Assembly (NCBI GenBank): GCA_947448305.1
Contig: CANFME010000001.1
Span: 2,030 to 66,029, forward strand
Direction: 5' to 3'
Origin: Burkholderiaceae bacterium
GTDB lineage: Bacteria; Pseudomonadota; Gammaproteobacteria; Burkholderiales; Burkholderiaceae
DNA: 64,000 nucleotides
Shown here: in pieces, positions 59,560 to 64,000 of the stretch
How the letters are laid out: the number at the start of each line of letters is the position of its first letter
Position numbering within the stretch: position 1 is the first letter of the stretch
The notes under the pieces: model-generated
What the model saw: only the letters and a program-made list of their open reading frames with translations
The model's database searches: none
What the model was told of the DNA's origin: nothing
Translations under genes and position numbers: made by a program

Positions 59560-60045
59560 GTGCTCAAACATTGGCTTGTAAGCTTGTTAATATGTTGTAG
59601 TTTTATCACCTTTGCAAAGGCCAATCCTAGCTTAGACAATGAACTTCTACAGTTAGATCAAATTCAAGAACAGTTGGATTTAAAAAGAGATTGGTTAAAG
59701 TTTCGCTTTGATTCGGATGTTCAAGCTTGTAAAGATTTGTTTTTTACGACAAGTTGCACTACTAAGGCAAAAAAACAATTACAACGTGAAGAAAAAGATC
59801 TTTTTGAACAAGAAAATCTTCTACATACTCGCCAAAGAGATATAAAAAAAGCACTTAAAGATGAGGAGGAGCAGCAAAGAGTGGCTGAAAGAGCTGACCC
59901 AAAGCAAGTGCAAATTAGAGCCAACAATCGTGCAAGTTTTGAGGAGAAGCAACGTGAAAAAGCACTCCGTGAGGCGGAAGTTGAGGAGCGTCGAAAAGAT
60001 GCTGCTAAACGAGCCCAAGAAAACCGTAATACCTCTCCTTTCTAA
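59560..60045 (+). CDS. Hypothetical secreted, highly charged coiled-coil protein
   Basis: Signal-like LKHWLVSLLICCSFITFAKA, then a K/E/R/Q-rich helix-prone sequence. The track start at 59539 is TTG and overlaps the upstream stop; the GTG at 59560 has AAGGA 10 nt upstream. The stop is 2 nt before radA. Confidence 0.5.
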   Translation: MLKHWLVSLLICCSFITFAKANPSLDNELLQLDQIQEQLDLKRDWLKFRFDSDVQACKDLFFTTSCTTKAKKQLQREEKDLFEQENLLHTRQRDIKKALKDEEEQQRVAERADPKQVQIRANNRASFEEKQREKALREAEVEERRKDAAKRAQENRNTSPF

Positions 60046-60047
60046 CA

Positions 60048-61409
60048 ATGGCAAAAAATAAAACTCAATATGTTTGTAATGCGTGTGGAGCTGACTTCCC
60101 AAAGTGGCAGGGACAATGTCCTGCTTGTAATGAGTGGAACTCCTTAGAAGAAACCATTGAGCAAAAGACTCAGCATCGGTATGCTAGCATTGCAAAAACC
60201 ACTCCTAACCAAAAGCTATCAGAAATTGCGTTGGAGGACTTTGGGAGAATTTCAACTGGGATTTCAGAATTTGATCGTGTCTTAGGCGGCGGGCTTGTTG
60301 ATGCTGGAGTTGTTCTCATCGGTGGAGATCCGGGGATTGGGAAGTCCACGTTGTTATTGCAAACGCTAGCAAACCTTAGTCTTGAGTCGATCCCTGTAAT
60401 GTATGTAAGTGGTGAGGAGTCTGCTGCTCAAATTGCACTTCGGGCAAAAAGGATTGATAGTGACGCCCCTGATTTAGTTGTATATCCTGAAATTCAGCTG
60501 GATAAAATACTACACTCTCTTGAATCAGCTAGGCCTAAGGTGGCAGTCATTGATTCGATTCAAACCGTCTATTCTGATCAATTAACTTCAGCTCCAGGAT
60601 CGGTGGCGCAAGTTCGTGAGTGTGCTGCGCAATTAACACGTTTAGCTAAATCTACCGGGATTTCCTTAATCTTAGTGGGTCACGTTACCAAAGAGGGCAA
60701 TATAGCTGGACCACGTGTTTTAGAGCATATTGTCGATACGGTTCTCTATTTTGAAGGGGACACGCAGTCTTCGTTTCGACTGGTGCGAGCAATTAAAAAT
60801 CGTTTTGGTGCAGTCAATGAGCTGGGCGTTTTTGCTATGACAGAAAAAGGTTTAAAGGGTGTTAATAATCCATCGGCTCTTTTCTTATCCCAAAGTAGTG
60901 ATTCTGTTCCCGGAGCTTGTGTTCTCGTTACGCAAGAGGGGAGTAGGCCAATCTTGGTAGAAATTCAAGCCCTAGTAGACAGTTCTCACATCCCTAACCC
61001 GAGAAGATTAGCGGTTGGTCTTGAACAAAATCGTTTGGCCATGTTATTAGCTGTGATGAATCGTCACGCTGGAATTTCATGCTTTGATCAAGATGTTTTT
61101 TTAAATGCGGTAGGTGGGGTGAAAATTTCAGAACCTGCAGCAGACTTAGCTGTATTACTTGCAATTCAATCCTCGTTGAAAAATAAAGCCTTACCTAAAG
61201 ACTTAGTCGTTTTTGGTGAAGTAGGTCTTGCTGGTGAAATTAGAGCTTGTCCCAGAGGGCAAGAACGATTACGCGAAGCAGCTAAATTAGGTTTCAAAAA
61301 AGCGATTATTCCCAAAGCCAATATGCCTAAAGGAGTTCAGTTTGATTCAATGGAAATTCATGCTGTTGAAAGAATTGAAGTCGCTTTACAGTTGGTGCGT
61401 GATTTTTAG
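60048..61409 (+). CDS. radA: DNA repair protein RadA
   Basis: Zinc finger CNACG...CPACNEW, Walker A GDPGIGKSTLLLQ, KNRFG motif and a Lon-like C-terminus. Confidence 0.95.
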   Translation: MAKNKTQYVCNACGADFPKWQGQCPACNEWNSLEETIEQKTQHRYASIAKTTPNQKLSEIALEDFGRISTGISEFDRVLGGGLVDAGVVLIGGDPGIGKSTLLLQTLANLSLESIPVMYVSGEESAAQIALRAKRIDSDAPDLVVYPEIQLDKILHSLESARPKVAVIDSIQTVYSDQLTSAPGSVAQVRECAAQLTRLAKSTGISLILVGHVTKEGNIAGPRVLEHIVDTVLYFEGDTQSSFRLVRAIKNRFGAVNELGVFAMTEKGLKGVNNPSALFLSQSSDSVPGACVLVTQEGSRPILVEIQALVDSSHIPNPRRLAVGLEQNRLAMLLAVMNRHAGISCFDQDVFLNAVGGVKISEPAADLAVLLAIQSSLKNKALPKDLVVFGEVGLAGEIRACPRGQERLREAAKLGFKKAIIPKANMPKGVQFDSMEIHAVERIEVALQLVRDF

Positions 61410-61425
61410 TATTTAGAGTATTTTG

Positions 61426-61875
61426 ATGTCTAAAGTTCCTCAACTAACCCGCAATGACTTTCCGAAAATTGTCAAAATCTCTACCCGTTGGTCAGATAAT
61501 GATGTTTACAAGCATGTGAATAATGTTGTCTATTTTTCTTTTTTTGACACAGCAGTTAATTTAAACTTGGTAGAACAAGGATTTATTGATTTTCAAGAAA
61601 GTAAAGTTGTGGGTCTTGTAGTTGATAACCATTGTCAATTTTTTTCCTCAATCGCTTTTCCCGATGAGGTTTTTGTGGGGATTGCCGTTGAAAAAATAGG
61701 TAATTCAAGCGTTGTTTACCGTCTGGGCATTTTTAAAAATAATGACCCAGCGCTATGTGCCTTAGGCCGGTTCACACATGTTTATGTGAATCGAAATGAT
61801 CAAAAACCTACTCCAATACCACATGAAATTCGAGTAGCGTTAACAACACTTATTCGAAAGTTTGACTTGGTTTAG
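61426..61875 (+). CDS. Acyl-CoA thioesterase (hotdog fold, YbgC/4HBT type)
   Basis: RWSDNDVYKHVNNVVYF N-terminal catalytic Asp region. The track start at 61423 is TTG, immediately followed by an ATG. Confidence 0.8.
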   Translation: MSKVPQLTRNDFPKIVKISTRWSDNDVYKHVNNVVYFSFFDTAVNLNLVEQGFIDFQESKVVGLVVDNHCQFFSSIAFPDEVFVGIAVEKIGNSSVVYRLGIFKNNDPALCALGRFTHVYVNRNDQKPTPIPHEIRVALTTLIRKFDLV

Positions 61876-61905
61876 ATTGGATTCTAAAAAGATCTAAATT
61901 TGTGA

Positions 61906-62793
61906 CTAGGGAAGATTTTCTTCTAATATGAGTAAAACTTGACGGTTAGAACTGGAAACCTCAAGCCACTGAACTTCTAATTCTGGAAAAGCATTGATAA
62001 AGTTATCGTATTCATTTCCAATTTCGATGACTAGAGCTCCTCGTTCATTCAAATAGTTTTTCGCATCTTGAATAATCTTGCGAATGAGATACATTCCATC
62101 CTCGCCACCATCTAGTGCCAGCCATGGCTCTTTCAAATACTCTGCCGGTAATTTTTGCATTGTCATTTGATTGACATAAGGTGGGTTACAAACAATTAAA
62201 TCAAATCGATTCTCTTCATTAGGCTCAGGTAAATCGAGCCATAAATCACTATGAATAATTTCTATTACTTCTGACAATTCATAGTTAAGAATATTTTTTT
62301 GGGCTAGGGCGAGCGCATTTAAGTCGATGTCACTTGCACAAACTTGGATATCTGGATAATTCAAAGAAAGAAGAATTGCTAAAGAGCCATTACCAGTACA
62401 CAGATCTAAGGCTTTCCCATCGGGCGGTAAGAAATCATCGAGATCACCTTGAGTGATTAATTCTGCTATGAACGATCGGGGAATAATACTACGCTCATCA
62501 CATTCAAAACAGTGACCCATAAGCCAAGCTTCTTTTAATATATAAGCAAGAGGAGTTCTGGTTTGAATCCTTTCCTCGACAATTCTCAAGGCTTGGACAT
62601 AGGCGTCTGCATCATAAGGTTCATCCAAATGATCTAGTGCTTGAACCGGGGAAATACCAACACAGTGAGCTATCAGCCATAGCGCTTCGCTAGCTGCTTC
62701 AGGGGCACCATGACCAAAATAGACATTGGAGCCATTTAAAATTTCAGTAATTTGATCAATGGCTTGATCAAAACTTTGAGGGTCTTCTTCCAA
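61906..62793 (-). CDS. prmB: 50S ribosomal protein L3 N5-glutamine methyltransferase
   Basis: NPPY motif (CNPPYV) and SAM motif DLCTGNGSLAI. TTG start. Confidence 0.85.
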   Translation of the reverse strand: MEEDPQSFDQAIDQITEILNGSNVYFGHGAPEAASEALWLIAHCVGISPVQALDHLDEPYDADAYVQALRIVEERIQTRTPLAYILKEAWLMGHCFECDERSIIPRSFIAELITQGDLDDFLPPDGKALDLCTGNGSLAILLSLNYPDIQVCASDIDLNALALAQKNILNYELSEVIEIIHSDLWLDLPEPNEENRFDLIVCNPPYVNQMTMQKLPAEYLKEPWLALDGGEDGMYLIRKIIQDAKNYLNERGALVIEIGNEYDNFINAFPELEVQWLEVSSSNRQVLLILEENLP

Positions 62794-62823
62794 GGGTATT
62801 TAGATGTCTCTAATAAAGATTGC

Positions 62824-63996
62824 TTAATGAATCATTAATTTTTTTAGTACCGTAAAGTAAATATCTTTCAGTGATTCTATATCATTGATGTTGATATTTT
62901 CATTTACTTGATGAATTGTGGCGTTTATTGGTCCAAACTCAACTACTTGAGGACAAATTTTTGCAATAAAGCGACCGTCACTAGTGCCGCCCGTAGTTGA
63001 CAGCTCTGCATCCACACCAGTTTTCTCTTTAATTGCAGACTGTAAAACATCACACAATTCACCCCTTGGAGTTAAGAACGGCTCACCCCCTTGGTTCCAA
63101 GATATTTCATACTCTAATTGATGTTTATTTAGAATATCTTCCACTTGTTTAGCTAAACTAGAGGCAGTACTTACTGAGGCAAAGCGAAAGTTAAAATCAA
63201 TCACAGCATCACCTGGAATCACATTGGTTGCTCCGGTTCCAGCATGGAAATTAGACGTTTGCCAAGTTGTAGGAGGAAAATATTCATTCCCGTTATCCCA
63301 TTGAATAAGAGCTAACTCAGCTAAAACAGGTGCAACTTGATGAATTGGATTACGAGCCAAGTGAGGGTAGGCGACATGGCCTTGAATTCCCTTAACACTT
63401 AATTTGGCTGATAGTGATCCACGCCTTCCATTTTTGATCGTATCACCGAAAACTTGACTACTAGTCGGTTCTCCAACGATACAGTAATCAAGTTTTACTT
63501 GTCTTTCCTTTAATTTATTCACTACTACTACGGTGCCATCGGTATTTTTAGGACCTTCTTCATCACTAGTCAATAAAAACGCAATCGAACCTGCATGCAT
63601 AGGATATTGCTGGACAAACTCTTCAGTTGCTACAACGAACGCGGCTAAAGAGCTTTTCATATCTGCTGCTCCTCGACCGTACAATATACCGTCTTTAATA
63701 ACTGGCACAAAGGGGTTGCTATCCCATTTATCTAAGGGACCAGGTGGGACTACATCGGTATGTCCAGCAAAGACTAAACATTTAGCTTGGGCTCCGTCAG
63801 TTCCTCTGCGTAAAGCCCATAAGTTCGTAACCAAAAAATCGTCTGGACCGCTCATGATCGTTTCGCAACTAAAATTTAGTTGTTTTAAGCGACTCGCAAT
63901 TAACTGTTGAATTCCACCATCTAAAGGTGTTACCGAGGGGTGAGCAATAAGACCTTGTGCTAATTGTTGGGTAATAGTTAATTGATTTTCGGGCAT
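62824..63996 (-). CDS. dapE: Succinyl-diaminopimelate desuccinylase
   Basis: M20 peptidase motifs GHTDVVP and TSDEEG; 390 aa. Confidence 0.9.
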   Translation of the reverse strand: MPENQLTITQQLAQGLIAHPSVTPLDGGIQQLIASRLKQLNFSCETIMSGPDDFLVTNLWALRRGTDGAQAKCLVFAGHTDVVPPGPLDKWDSNPFVPVIKDGILYGRGAADMKSSLAAFVVATEEFVQQYPMHAGSIAFLLTSDEEGPKNTDGTVVVVNKLKERQVKLDYCIVGEPTSSQVFGDTIKNGRRGSLSAKLSVKGIQGHVAYPHLARNPIHQVAPVLAELALIQWDNGNEYFPPTTWQTSNFHAGTGATNVIPGDAVIDFNFRFASVSTASSLAKQVEDILNKHQLEYEISWNQGGEPFLTPRGELCDVLQSAIKEKTGVDAELSTTGGTSDGRFIAKICPQVVEFGPINATIHQVNENININDIESLKDIYFTVLKKLMIH

Positions 63997-64000
63997 AAGT

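Noticed and set aside
61871-61899. A possible bidirectional terminator TTTAGAT (61871-61877) / ATCTAAA (61893-61899) between the thioesterase and prmB genes.
   Set aside because: It is only a 7-bp all-A/T-rich stem with a 15-nt loop, which is too weak to call.
1-64000. A search by eye for rRNA, tRNA, tmRNA, CRISPR repeats, IS elements and known defence gene signatures.
   Set aside because: All sizeable non-coding gaps are AT-rich and lack tRNA-like GC-rich arms or regularly spaced repeats. No transposase, integrase or defence-type ORF (restriction, Abi, CBASS, retron RT, etc.) appears in the six-frame track.

Overview
This is a chromosomal segment from a low-GC betaproteobacterium (about 40% GC by eye). 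The gene order mdh / sdhCDAB-sdhE-gltA-leuC-ecn-leuD-leuB-asd-fimV-truA-trpF-trpB-trpA-accD-folC-SPOR-cvpA-purF-metZ ... radA-prmB-dapE is the conserved Burkholderiales core arrangement. A Bug-family binding protein fits that order. My guess is a streamlined, Polynucleobacter-like freshwater lineage, but this is inference only. I call 66 protein-coding genes, one pseudogene stub, two clear intrinsic terminators and a recurrent candidate operator motif. I recognised no rRNA, tRNA, CRISPR array, transposase, integrase or phage gene. Layout: (a) 1-9.9 kb is an orphan catabolic island with a LivK-type binding protein, an IorAB-type molybdenum hydroxylase, GlcG, a flavin reductase, an LLM monooxygenase, a lactonase-like hydrolase, a Gfo/Idh/MocA dehydrogenase and a TetR regulator. 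(b) 9.9-19.5 kb holds a secreted amidohydrolase divergent from a tightly packed 8-gene phosphonate operon. (c) 19.5-22.3 kb holds a Rieske alpha/beta dioxygenase plus a Bug binding protein. (d) 22.4-31.7 kb holds a hicA-like stub, dusA, a Zn-ribbon Smr protein, a secreted nuclease, Fe-ADH, FAH, CoA-transferase, thiolase, nitroreductase and rarA. (e) 31.8-64 kb is core housekeeping. I found no convincing defence, toxin-antitoxin or mobile system. The best candidate for undescribed biology is the phosphonate operon. It encodes three different C-P cleaving enzyme classes (a PhnZ-type HD oxygenase, PhnX and PhnA) but none of their known feeder enzymes (PhnY*, PhnW, PhnY). An uncharacterised Fe-ADH and an FAD amine oxidoreductase sit in their place. 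All functional calls come from reading motifs in the translations and from memory of protein families, not from searches. The supplied ORF track opens ORFs at TTG/GTG as well as ATG and takes the longest version, so I trimmed several N-termini.
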